NCBI GenBank assembly: GCA_902799015.1
Contig: CADBZI010000001.1
Location: 54,786 to 118,785, forward strand
DNA from: an uncultured Lachnospiraceae bacterium
GTDB taxonomy: Bacteria; Bacillota; Clostridia; Lachnospirales; Lachnospiraceae
Reading direction: 5' to 3'
Length of the DNA stretch: 64,000 nt
The translations under genes and the position numbers were made by a program. The first letter of the stretch is position 1. Every line of letters starts with the position of its first letter. The notes below the pieces were generated by a model that was given only the letters and a program-made list of their open reading frames with translations, was not told the DNA's origin and made no database searches. Shown here piece by piece: positions 49,032-57,664 of this stretch.

Positions 49032-49550
49032 AAGTGTACTCCTCTAAGATATTTTTCGCCTGGACATCCTCCAGAATAAAATGGTAATCATGCAACATCC
49101 CAATGTATGTTACACCAAAAGTCTCAATATAATGATGAAGCAGTTTCTCATTTGCCGCGAATCCATAGAATTCTCCGCCATATCCATACTGATTAGATCG
49201 ATCCGATGTTATGCAAACAGATGTCCTCCGATGCCAATATACTTCTTCTCGTCATTCAAAAGAGGATTACTCTCAGGATTTGCACAGATCCAGTCCACAT
49301 ATGCACATCCAGCATCTTTATTGTCTTTCATGGCCACAAGGCCCTGTATATCCATTGTTCCCTTAATAACCAACGCAAATATCTCATACTCTCCAGCTAA
49401 CTTAGCCCAGTTCGTATACCATCCATTTCTACTGTTATAGTTTTGCAGAAAGGATTTCCTCTTTATGCGGACTACCTCCGTATCGACCATCTCGCCTGTT
49501 TTTGCAAGCCTTAAACATGGTGTGATTTCATCCACCCATACGGTTATCAT
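49006..49550 (-). pseudogene. GNAT-like acetyltransferase with a 1-bp frameshift near 49211
   Basis: IQGLVA, KKYIGIGGHLFA then stop; adding one base restores ITSDRSNQYGYGGEFYGFAANEKLLHHY...YEWTDEEI. Confidence 0.75.
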
Positions 49551-49736
49551 CCTGTTCTGTCTCCTTCCTTTGTTGGTACAAAATAATTATATTCTGTTTC
49601 ATAAGCCCTGACAAGATTACACTGTATTGATCACTCTTCAACAATAATCCAAAAGCATAATCGTGTGTATATAGTGTATTATTATGCAGCCCCGTTTTAC
49701 CCGGAGCTGCACAAAACAAGGTATTGAACGCCGAAT

Positions 49737-49747
49737 TCTTCCCACAA
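49737..49747 (+). repeat. Putative arm-type site near right end
   Basis: TCTTCCCACAA, about 150 bp inside the right att copy. Confidence 0.6.
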
Positions 49748-49898
49748 AAATTCTATAGTTTACTTTGTGTTACGCCATTTCATGTCCTGTTATTCCATGT
49801 TATCAGATCCAAGCCGCCCACTGGTTTTCAGATGATTCGCGGCATCGGATAACACCATATAACACTTTGCAATACCATATGATAACTTTATATATTCA

Positions 49899-49944
49899 CA
49901 GGGTGTCCAGGGTTCGAGCCCCTGAGGGTGCACGGAGGGAGTAC
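49899..49944 (+). repeat. att core, right copy (duplicated tRNA-Lys 3' half)
   Basis: Identical to 23150-23195. Confidence 0.95.
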
Positions 49945-49984
49945 CGATTTTACGCAGAAGGCGTGGGGTTGGTGCTTCTTTTTT
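49940..49984 (+). terminator. tRNA terminator, right copy
   Basis: Variant of 23191-23233 with the stem preserved and a longer T-run. Confidence 0.7.
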
Positions 49985-50031
49985 GTATTCGTTCAGCACC
50001 CCCTGGAACTGATTGAAACGCAGGACGACCT

Positions 50032-50110
50032 CCATCCTGGCATTCAACACTTCAGGGTACTTCTTTGTCAACCAGGCCGGAGGGGTGGCGGAAGGAGTCC
50101 CAAAGATCAC
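50032..50110 (-). pseudogene. GH42 beta-galactosidase fragment
   Basis: VIFGTPSATPPAWLTKKYPEVLNARM resembles the GH42 TPTATPPAWL motif. Confidence 0.7.
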
Positions 50111-50299
50111 CTGCCTAAGATCCCATCGTCAAGGCCATCGTCAAGTGACTGCGTTGGTTGACTGATTTGGCTGAGTTGTAATCCGGGGGGATAAAAAAAA
50201 CATCGAATATCCAGTCCTGTTGTTGTATAATATTCAATGATAACATGGTGGGAGAGGTTCCATATTCATTATCTGAGTAATGAGAAAGAGAGGATCATT

Positions 50300-50881
50300 A
50301 TGAAAAAACTAATTGCATGTGCTCTTGCTTCCTGCATGCTGCTGAGCGGCACCGTTGTATTTGCGGATGAGACAGAAGCCATAACAAGCCTGAACTGGGA
50401 AGACTTCGTTGCGATCAATGAAGCATCGGACAACGATGTGATCTCCCAGGGTGATTTCGTGACGTTCGACGAAATCGCCTGCAAGATGTGGGTTCCGAAT
50501 GTGATGAAGGAAGTTGAGCTTACGGATGAGGACAAGGAAGCCGGTTATATCGGTTACTATTCCACAGACGATCAGGACGGTGTTGCGGCGGTCATGTACG
50601 TGAATATGGATGGCATGGAGCTCGCGGATTATGCGAAGGAACTGGAAGGGATGGACGACGTTGAGAACATCGAGATGATGACGCTCAACGGATTTGATGC
50701 CGTCTCCTACGATCTTCCTGAAAAGGATACAACCTGCGTTTCACTTGCGACAGAGGCCGGCTATATTCTGGAGTTCAGCTTTGCCCCGATGTCTGACGAG
50801 GGTTTCCAGACGGTCATCGCGTTCATGGGCGCCTCCATTCAGCCGGAGGACGCAGAAGAATCCACCGAGGCAGCTTCCTGA
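50300..50881 (+). CDS. Secreted acidic hypothetical protein
   Basis: Signal peptide MKKLIACALAS...VFA; GAGG RBS; TATAAT upstream. Confidence 0.75.
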   Translation: MKKLIACALASCMLLSGTVVFADETEAITSLNWEDFVAINEASDNDVISQGDFVTFDEIACKMWVPNVMKEVELTDEDKEAGYIGYYSTDDQDGVAAVMYVNMDGMELADYAKELEGMDDVENIEMMTLNGFDAVSYDLPEKDTTCVSLATEAGYILEFSFAPMSDEGFQTVIAFMGASIQPEDAEESTEAAS

Positions 50882-50933
50882 GTTCTCTTACGGATAAACA
50901 ACTGTAAATCCGTTTATTATGAAAAAGGCGGAA

Positions 50934-50964
50934 TCTTCCCACAAACTTGTGGGAAGGTTTTTTT
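50934..50964. repeat. Inverted pair of the arm-type motif outside the element, followed by T-run
   Basis: TCTTCCCACAA-ac-TTGTGGGAAG-gTTTTTTT. Confidence 0.6.
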
Positions 50965-51012
50965 GATTGCAGCATTCCTCGCTGACAGGGATAGTTTATT
51001 CACAGTGTCAAC

Positions 51013-51150
51013 ATAGAAGGCAAAGCGCTCAATCGTTCCGATCACATCCGCTCCGCGGTCATCGTGTTTTGCCACAATCTCCTTGTATGTATCCCAGATC
51101 AGTGTCTCAACATTGTCTCCCGGCATAACCTCCATCAGGCTGACGGGATG
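51013..51150 (-). pseudogene. RbsD/FucU (fucose mutarotase) internal fragment
   Basis: PVSLMEVMPGD.VET.IWDTYKEIV...IERFAFY. Confidence 0.7.
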
Positions 51151-51224
51151 TGGGCTACTTTACGAGATGCTTCAAGAAGCACAAGGGCATGACGCCCTCA
51201 CAGTTTATGAAACAACGCTTCTGA
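51147..51224 (+). pseudogene. AraC-family regulator C-terminal fragment
   Basis: DVGYFTRCFKKHKGMTPSQF matches the AraC YF.R.FKK..G.TP signature. Confidence 0.7.
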
Positions 51225-51242
51225 AGCGCTCCTGATTGCGGA

Positions 51243-53066
51243 TTATGCTGCCAGATCAGCTGCCGCTTCTTCGAAGTATTCCTTCATCATCCCGTCCAGC
51301 TTCTCTGTGTCAAAATAATCCTGGAAGGAAGGAATCCCTTCCTCCACTCCGGCAAGAGAAACCAGAGCGTCGACAAGGAGATCGGATTCCGGCGCAATCG
51401 GCAGATCGATCCTGCATCCGCCCTCCACCGAAGCGAATGCGTCATCTGTCAGCTGCCACTGGCAGCTTGACATCAGATAGGTAAAGCCCATCGCATCGCT
51501 TCCTACCTGGATGCAGCAGGATCCCCCGCTGGAGGGCTCCCCGATCAATGCCGCTCCGGCTTCCTGAATGATGATCGGGAACAGATTGCCGCAGGAGAAC
51601 GCATGGCGGGTTACCAGCACACCATAGTGGAAGTCATATTTCAGCTCCTGATCCTTCTCATCATAAACTCCGTCAAAGTTGGTGTCGGCATCAAAGGTTA
51701 ATATCATCCGCTGGCCGGTCAGCCGCTGAATTCCATACAGCTGATTCTGGCCGGTGGTGACTGCAAGAATCGCCATCATGACATCCGGGCTTCCTCCCGA
51801 ATTGCAGCTCAGATCAAAGATCACATTTTCAATCTCCGGATTCTCGGATGCTTTCTGCAGGCCTGTGAGAACAATGCCCAGACAATCCTGCGGAAATGCT
51901 CCCGTCCCGCTGTAGTAGTCTGCCCATGCCTTTTCATCCGGCATAAAGCCGTCCAGGCGGATAATCGCCGTGCTGCCGGATTCCAGATAGGTGTTGTACC
52001 CCCATTGTGCGCCGCGCTGCGGTTCAATCAGCATGTGCAGAATCTGTTTCAGCATCGACGGGCTTTGTACAATGTCCCCAATGTAATCCAGACCGGTTTT
52101 TCCTATGTCTTCCTCATTGCCCGCTGCCAAAGCCACGGCGCCTCCGGTAAATGAGGTATGTCCATCACTGAGGTAAATCGTAAACAACTCATTCATACCG
52201 GAGAGATAGTCTGAAACCTTCTCAGAAAGCAGACGTTTCCGGATCGATTCTCCTTTCTCGCCAAGGTCGGTCAGCGCCTGATCCAGGCCCTTTTCGGCGA
52301 GCGCACTGTCCAGCATGCAGATACCCGGATGGCCAAAGAAATAATCAAGGTTGAAGCACAGATCTGCATAGCACTGCTTCACCAGGTCATCCGGCCGCCC
52401 GGCACCATTGAGCAGATCCTGCAGGAATTCAGAATCCATAAAGCCTGCCAGCGGCTGGCCGCTCAGAGATACTTTCTGTGCATACAGGCATTCCCCATTG
52501 TAGAGCATGTGATTGGTTGCGATATCCGTCATCATATTGGACAGCGTGGAGACAGGAAGGAAGATATCGTCCTTGTCTACATACATCTGAATCCCGTATT
52601 TCGCGAAGTCGAGCGTAACCGGCTGAGCCGCATCCTCGAATTCCACATTGGAGATTCTCACAAATGACGTAGCGGTATCCTTCCATCCGAGCGCTTCATG
52701 CTCAAGCGGGAGCGGCAGATCAAAAAAGCGGCACCAGTCCTCCACATAGATGGTCCCGGCCGCAGGATCACACTGCAGCTGTGCCCCGCACCAGTTCTCC
52801 ATCGTGACGGTTCCATCTTCATTTTCCCGAAGAGTCAAACTTTGCGCCTTCATGTATTCCGAATACGCATTCAGTCCCAGATAAGGCACGTTCGGCGTCT
52901 CTTCATAAAAGCGCAGCGCCAGCTCCCCATCTTCTTTCCCTTCCCGGATCACCGGGGTGAGCTTCTCCTCATACTGCGTGCCTTCTTCTGTTCCGGCCGC
53001 CATAACGGTTCCGGACAGGGAGATCAGACACAAAGCCGCAAAGGCGGCAGTGATCTGTTTCTTCAT
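51243..53066 (-). CDS. Secreted S41 family peptidase
   Basis: Signal peptide; DGHT, FDLSCNSGG, AFSCGN, IGEPSSGG. Confidence 0.8.
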   Translation of the reverse strand: MKKQITAAFAALCLISLSGTVMAAGTEEGTQYEEKLTPVIREGKEDGELALRFYEETPNVPYLGLNAYSEYMKAQSLTLRENEDGTVTMENWCGAQLQCDPAAGTIYVEDWCRFFDLPLPLEHEALGWKDTATSFVRISNVEFEDAAQPVTLDFAKYGIQMYVDKDDIFLPVSTLSNMMTDIATNHMLYNGECLYAQKVSLSGQPLAGFMDSEFLQDLLNGAGRPDDLVKQCYADLCFNLDYFFGHPGICMLDSALAEKGLDQALTDLGEKGESIRKRLLSEKVSDYLSGMNELFTIYLSDGHTSFTGGAVALAAGNEEDIGKTGLDYIGDIVQSPSMLKQILHMLIEPQRGAQWGYNTYLESGSTAIIRLDGFMPDEKAWADYYSGTGAFPQDCLGIVLTGLQKASENPEIENVIFDLSCNSGGSPDVMMAILAVTTGQNQLYGIQRLTGQRMILTFDADTNFDGVYDEKDQELKYDFHYGVLVTRHAFSCGNLFPIIIQEAGAALIGEPSSGGSCCIQVGSDAMGFTYLMSSCQWQLTDDAFASVEGGCRIDLPIAPESDLLVDALVSLAGVEEGIPSFQDYFDTEKLDGMMKEYFEEAAADLAA

Positions 53067-53276
53067 ACCCTCTTCTCTCTTTCTGTTGACTGTCTTACTC
53101 CTTCGTTACGCATCCGCACAGGCTACGTTTGGATGGTTCTATTATAGCAAAAACAGGCCCATTTGGGCCTGTTTTCAATCCTCAAAATGATGCTCTGTTC
53201 TCTGTTCTGGTAACATCTGTTCTGAATACGGCCATGCGGCTACGCGCAGGTACACCGATGGTGTACGCGAATCGCA

Positions 53277-53900
53277 TTAATACCGGCTTGTTTTGGTAGA
53301 GCCGTCCGAATAAGTCGTGATGGTGGTTCCGTGGCCGCTGCCATCGCAGTCATCCACATTCTGTGTACTCACAGCTGTTTTGCCGGACTTTTTGCGCCTT
53401 CCGGACCCGCCGCCGGAAGAAGACGCCTCTGCGGCGGCTGCCGCCGCTGCCGCAGCTTCTGCTTCCTTGCGCTGGATCTCTGCATCATTCAGCGCAACAG
53501 CCTGTTCTGCTTCCTCTTTCTCCTCCGTCAGATAAGTTCCTTTCACAAAGCCTTCCTTCGCCGGTGCGGCGGCTTCTGCCTCCGACACTGTCTCCGTCTC
53601 CTCCACAGACGTTTCCGCCTCCGGCGCATCCAGCCGTACATGATACCAGCCATTCAGCTCACCGAGCACGGTCAGCGCATCTCCGCGGTCCGCAAACGCA
53701 ATCGTGTCGCTGTCTGCATTCGCCTCTGCGCGCACTCTGACCGTATCAATCAGGTACATCACCTCCGGCTTGTCAAAGACCGCCTCCGTCATCTGCTCTG
53801 TCTCCGTCTCCGGTGTATCCGCCTGCACCGCCGCCGGAAGCAGGAGTGCTCCTGCCAATACCAGCGCCGTCATGCCTCTCCAACTTTTCCGTATACGCAT
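53277..53900 (-). CDS. Secreted SH3b-domain protein with conserved-looking DCDGSGHG tail
   Basis: Signal peptide; VRVRAEA...GWYHV...GFV..YL. Confidence 0.75.
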   Translation of the reverse strand: MRIRKSWRGMTALVLAGALLLPAAVQADTPETETEQMTEAVFDKPEVMYLIDTVRVRAEANADSDTIAFADRGDALTVLGELNGWYHVRLDAPEAETSVEETETVSEAEAAAPAKEGFVKGTYLTEEKEEAEQAVALNDAEIQRKEAEAAAAAAAAAEASSSGGGSGRRKKSGKTAVSTQNVDDCDGSGHGTTITTYSDGSTKTSRY

Positions 53901-53995
53901 CTTTCTGTCTCCTTCTCCTGTCTGTCCGTGACACCTGCGGCCTTCTGACCGTCAAAGGTGCTCATATTGTCTGCCGGTACCGGATTAAACCGGAT

Positions 53996-54604
53996 TCAAA
54001 CCGCCTTTTCCCACACTTTTGTATAATGAGTATAGCGCGGGTCGGATGCGTCCGCCGGAATGCGGAACCAGTTCATCGCACCGCCTTTTGTCCGGTCAAG
54101 GTTCGAATCGAACACCATCCAAACCCCATCCACATATGCCTCAACCCAGGCATGCGACTGCTTTTTCCCGCTGAACGCATCCGTCTGACCGATCACCATC
54201 TTCGTCGGACAGCCGGCCGCGCGCTTGATCAGGTACGCCAGAGCCGCTGCCTCATGGAAGCAGGTTCCCTTGCGCTTCTTCATCATCGTGTAAGCAGCGC
54301 TCCGCAGGTTCTTGTCACTGAGCATATGATCCCGCGCCGCTTCAATGAATGCGCTGTCCGCTCTTTGCGCAAAGGCAAAGCTTCGGTCGGCATACTGCAG
54401 GATCCGCTCCAGCCTGGCGGCCTTGTCCTTTTTGCTGATCTTCTTCGTCTGCTTTTTGATGATTTTGTCCGCCTGTTTTTTTACCTTCGACGCGGAAACC
54501 CCTGCCGCCTGAGCGCTCGCACCAAAGCCGCACAGACATACCGCAGTCAACAGAAACATACATACGCTGAGTATCAGCGATCTTCGACTCCTCAACCCTT
54601 TCAT
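53996..54604 (-). CDS. Secreted transglutaminase-like protein
   Basis: GTC, HAWVE, FD Cys-His-Asp triad; signal peptide. Confidence 0.8.
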   Translation of the reverse strand: MKGLRSRRSLILSVCMFLLTAVCLCGFGASAQAAGVSASKVKKQADKIIKKQTKKISKKDKAARLERILQYADRSFAFAQRADSAFIEAARDHMLSDKNLRSAAYTMMKKRKGTCFHEAAALAYLIKRAAGCPTKMVIGQTDAFSGKKQSHAWVEAYVDGVWMVFDSNLDRTKGGAMNWFRIPADASDPRYTHYTKVWEKAV

Positions 54605-54620
54605 GAATACCATCTCCTTG

Positions 54621-55388
54621 TCATCCTACCAGAATATAACCGCCGCAATTCCTGGGATTGTATGCTTTCGCATACGTTCCGGAAGAAGAAAACATAAAAT
54701 GATCCAGCAGCTGGCGTACAGTCAGGTGGACGTTCTTCCGCTTTCCTCTGTGGGCAGTCCCGTTTACGCTGGCATTCGGATTGATATAGGTCACTGTTCC
54801 GTCACTGTTCAACTGTACGAGCACAATTGCATGTCTCCACTGTGCTATCTGAATATTATTCCACGACCCTCTCTTTGTCAATACAATAACAGGCTTGCCG
54901 GCAGCCAGATGCGCGCTGATCTCCCGCTCTGCCGTGTCCGCCTGATAAACCGGCACATATTTAACCGGAATCCCCATATCTCTGAGAATCTGTGCCGACA
55001 GGTAGAGCGTATGCGCCTGCCGCTTATGACGCATCAAATGCAGCTGCGCAAGTGCGTATCGCTCACTGTACGGAACGCTGGCATCTGCGTCCAGAATCTC
55101 AGTCGGAGAGACCCGCATCCCGAATCCGGATGCCGCAATGGCCGTCGCAGTCAGCACACAGTAAAACTTTGCGCCGACCGAGGAAAACCGGCCATTTTTA
55201 TAATTCCTGTTCTGTCTGTAATGTAAATAGGTGCGGATGGTTCCATCGGGTGCCTGTACAGTAACCGTACCCGGCGTCCTGGATCTTTTCCTGGACCTTG
55301 CGAAGATGTCCGTCTGGACACAACACATACACAACACTGCAGCAAGCAGCAGGCTGAGCAGCTGCTTTTGGATTCTTCTTGTTTTCAT
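54621..55388 (-). CDS. Secreted papain-like (C39-like) peptidase
   Basis: YRQ, C..TATAI, GKPVI, HAIVL, YINPN. Confidence 0.65.
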   Translation of the reverse strand: MKTRRIQKQLLSLLLAAVLCMCCVQTDIFARSRKRSRTPGTVTVQAPDGTIRTYLHYRQNRNYKNGRFSSVGAKFYCVLTATAIAASGFGMRVSPTEILDADASVPYSERYALAQLHLMRHKRQAHTLYLSAQILRDMGIPVKYVPVYQADTAEREISAHLAAGKPVIVLTKRGSWNNIQIAQWRHAIVLVQLNSDGTVTYINPNASVNGTAHRGKRKNVHLTVRQLLDHFMFSSSGTYAKAYNPRNCGGYILVG

Positions 55389-55474
55389 ACGCTGATCCGT
55401 CTTTTTCTTTTGATGTCTTCCTTCAAGAAGCTTTCCTTTGATCTGTTTCTTCCGCGCTCACAGCAGGCATTTTC

Positions 55475-56080
55475 CTATGCCATGAGGCTGGGATCCCACG
55501 GTGTGTTCTCAATGACAAAAACATAGCTTTTCTTTTTGCTGTTCACCTCTGTCCCAACCAGGAACCCGTTCGCATAATAATAATACTGGTAATACTCTTC
55601 CCCGTCGCTGCAGCCGCCTTCGGTCCAGGTATGAAGCACCGTCCCCAACAGCCCCTGTACCTTGGAGAAGGGTTTCTTTTTTGTGCTGACACTTTCCTTG
55701 CAGTACCGGTTCAGCAGCCTGGTCTTGGAACGGTTCAGCCTTCCATTGGAGTTATAGTAATAGAACTTATTGCCGAACATCCATGCGCCGATATATGCAC
55801 GGCCGTCTTCACGAAGGCGATAGCTTTTCCCCCGTACCTTATAGGTTGTGCCGCGGACTTTATTGCCGCTTTTATCCGTCACATACCAGCTGCCATTGTC
55901 AAAAACCGCTTTTTTCTTCTGAACCTTGCCGTTTTTGTAGTATGTTTCCCCGATAAATCCCGTCACCTTGCCCGCTGTGTCAGCGGCATGGCTCTGTACC
56001 GGCATCACCCAAAAAAGGACGCAAAAAAGCACGGCAAAGATTGCAGCCTCTGCCATGAAGTGCCTGGTTGCCTGTCTCAT
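55475..56080 (-). CDS. Secreted protein with cell-wall-binding-type repeats
   Basis: Signal peptide; GSWY...SG and FYYYNSNG units. Confidence 0.65.
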   Translation of the reverse strand: MRQATRHFMAEAAIFAVLFCVLFWVMPVQSHAADTAGKVTGFIGETYYKNGKVQKKKAVFDNGSWYVTDKSGNKVRGTTYKVRGKSYRLREDGRAYIGAWMFGNKFYYYNSNGRLNRSKTRLLNRYCKESVSTKKKPFSKVQGLLGTVLHTWTEGGCSDGEEYYQYYYYANGFLVGTEVNSKKKSYVFVIENTPWDPSLMA

Positions 56081-56128
56081 CCGGTCTCTCCTTTCTCATT
56101 TCCCCTGCACATAATCTTATCACTTGCA

Positions 56129-57595
56129 TCAATAACATACAACCGTTTTGCTTCCCAGATAAATCTCCCATGAAGCAGTATCTGGCAGCTTTTCTGTCTT
56201 CTCCGCAGGCAGGTACAGAACAAATCCTTCCTTCCCGTCCTTACGGTGCAGCGGCATCGCTTCATACAGGCTGCCGTCGCCCGGTGCGGCAAAGATCCTC
56301 TCGCCGCTCTTCGGCGCCTTCTCCAGCACACCCTCAATCCGGCTGTAATAAGGATTCGCATCCTCCAAAGCACTTGTCATCTCCGCGTTAATCTGTGACA
56401 GTTCTTCCCTCGCTGTCTCCTCTGTCAGATCTGTAAGCGGCATTGCCTCAAGAACCGGCGGACGCTCTGCGATCTCAGGCAGGAACCGCTCCGCGCGCAG
56501 GAATACGGCCGCACTTGCATCGCACTCATACAGATCCGTCAGCGTATAGGGAGTTCCTCTGGTAAAGAACGCACTTTCAAATGCTTCTGCCAAAAACGGA
56601 AGAATTGCATTTCCGAAGGAATCCCGGTACATGACCAGGCTGCCTCCCGCTCCGCCGGAAACCGTATGAATGTAATAGTCAAATGTACTCTCCACCTCAT
56701 CCACGTATCCATAAGACGGAGACGGATCGTAATAAACCTCCTCCTCCGGCCTGGCCGCCGCCGGGTAGAGCATTCGTTCCAGGTCTCCCGAAAAGTCCTT
56801 CCGTACGACATACTCCGCGGATCCGTAGTCCTTCCCTGAAATGTGCAGCCGGGACAGGATCTCCTTCGCGGCGATTGCCGCTCCTTCCGCAGTCCAGTGA
56901 GAATCTGTCCTGTGATACAGCTCCGGAAGCGCCCTGGCCTCACCGTTTTCTTTTGCCTCCTTCAGCCGCTCGCTCAGATCCAGCCATGCAACCTGCTCCT
57001 GCTCCATGAAGGAGGCCAGGCGGGTGCGGTTTGACTGCCCGGATGCATGCGGCCGGAGATAATACGGCATATGCTCCGGATAGATCGTTGCCTTGTTCGG
57101 CGCAAGCGCAAAGAGATAATCGATCCCGAAAAGACTGCAGTAATTCTGTGTCATGGCAGCAGTGTGCGCAATATCATACAGTGCCCTGTCTGTCATGAGA
57201 TCCGTTCCCTGGTAATCTGCGAGGCTGTCCCGGTAATACAGCCACCCGTCGGTGCCCTGTATCACCTGATCTGACGCAGACTCATGAAAAAGAGCAGAAT
57301 ACAGCTTCGCATTTGCCGTGACCAGCTCCTGACGAAATGCAAAATGCTCCTGAAACCAGTCTCCCGCCTGCTGCAGATATTCCAGGTTCACTCCGCCGTC
57401 CGCCGTGGTGACGGACGGGAAACCGGTCATGTCCGCGCGCTCCCCCGCGCCGCTGTGCTTTCCCAACGCCAGTCCTGCGAACGGAACCAGGCACAGAAGC
57501 AGGAACAGAACAATATAGAGATAGTCTGTCATCCTGTCCGAAGGCTTTCCGGATTCCTTCGGATTCGTCTGTACTCCCTCTCCTGATCGCATCAA
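56129..57595 (-). CDS. AlgJ/AlgX-like (DHHW) SGNH O-acetyltransferase partner
   Basis: N-terminal TM; G.DGWLY, PNK..IYPE, DSHW, RDSFG. Confidence 0.85.
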   Translation of the reverse strand: MMRSGEGVQTNPKESGKPSDRMTDYLYIVLFLLLCLVPFAGLALGKHSGAGERADMTGFPSVTTADGGVNLEYLQQAGDWFQEHFAFRQELVTANAKLYSALFHESASDQVIQGTDGWLYYRDSLADYQGTDLMTDRALYDIAHTAAMTQNYCSLFGIDYLFALAPNKATIYPEHMPYYLRPHASGQSNRTRLASFMEQEQVAWLDLSERLKEAKENGEARALPELYHRTDSHWTAEGAAIAAKEILSRLHISGKDYGSAEYVVRKDFSGDLERMLYPAAARPEEEVYYDPSPSYGYVDEVESTFDYYIHTVSGGAGGSLVMYRDSFGNAILPFLAEAFESAFFTRGTPYTLTDLYECDASAAVFLRAERFLPEIAERPPVLEAMPLTDLTEETAREELSQINAEMTSALEDANPYYSRIEGVLEKAPKSGERIFAAPGDGSLYEAMPLHRKDGKEGFVLYLPAEKTEKLPDTASWEIYLGSKTVVCY

Positions 57596-57664
57596 TCACA
57601 TCTCCTGTTTTCAAACAATATCACACAGTGGTGTCTTGGTTGTAATCTTTATGTTCCGGCCAGG

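Larger units (their letters stand above)
23150..49944. mobile_element. ~26.8 kb integrative mobilisable element in tRNA-Lys 3' end
   Basis: Perfect 46-bp terminal direct repeat; int, xis, repressor, rep, MOBQ oriT and relaxase; no T4SS or phage structural genes seen. Confidence 0.92.

Noticed and set aside
49899-49932. Second tRNA gene
   Set aside because: Only the 3' half is present, without D arm or anticodon loop; it is the att duplication.
23150-49944. Prophage or self-transmissible ICE
   Set aside because: No capsid, terminase, tail, VirB4 or coupling-protein genes recognised.
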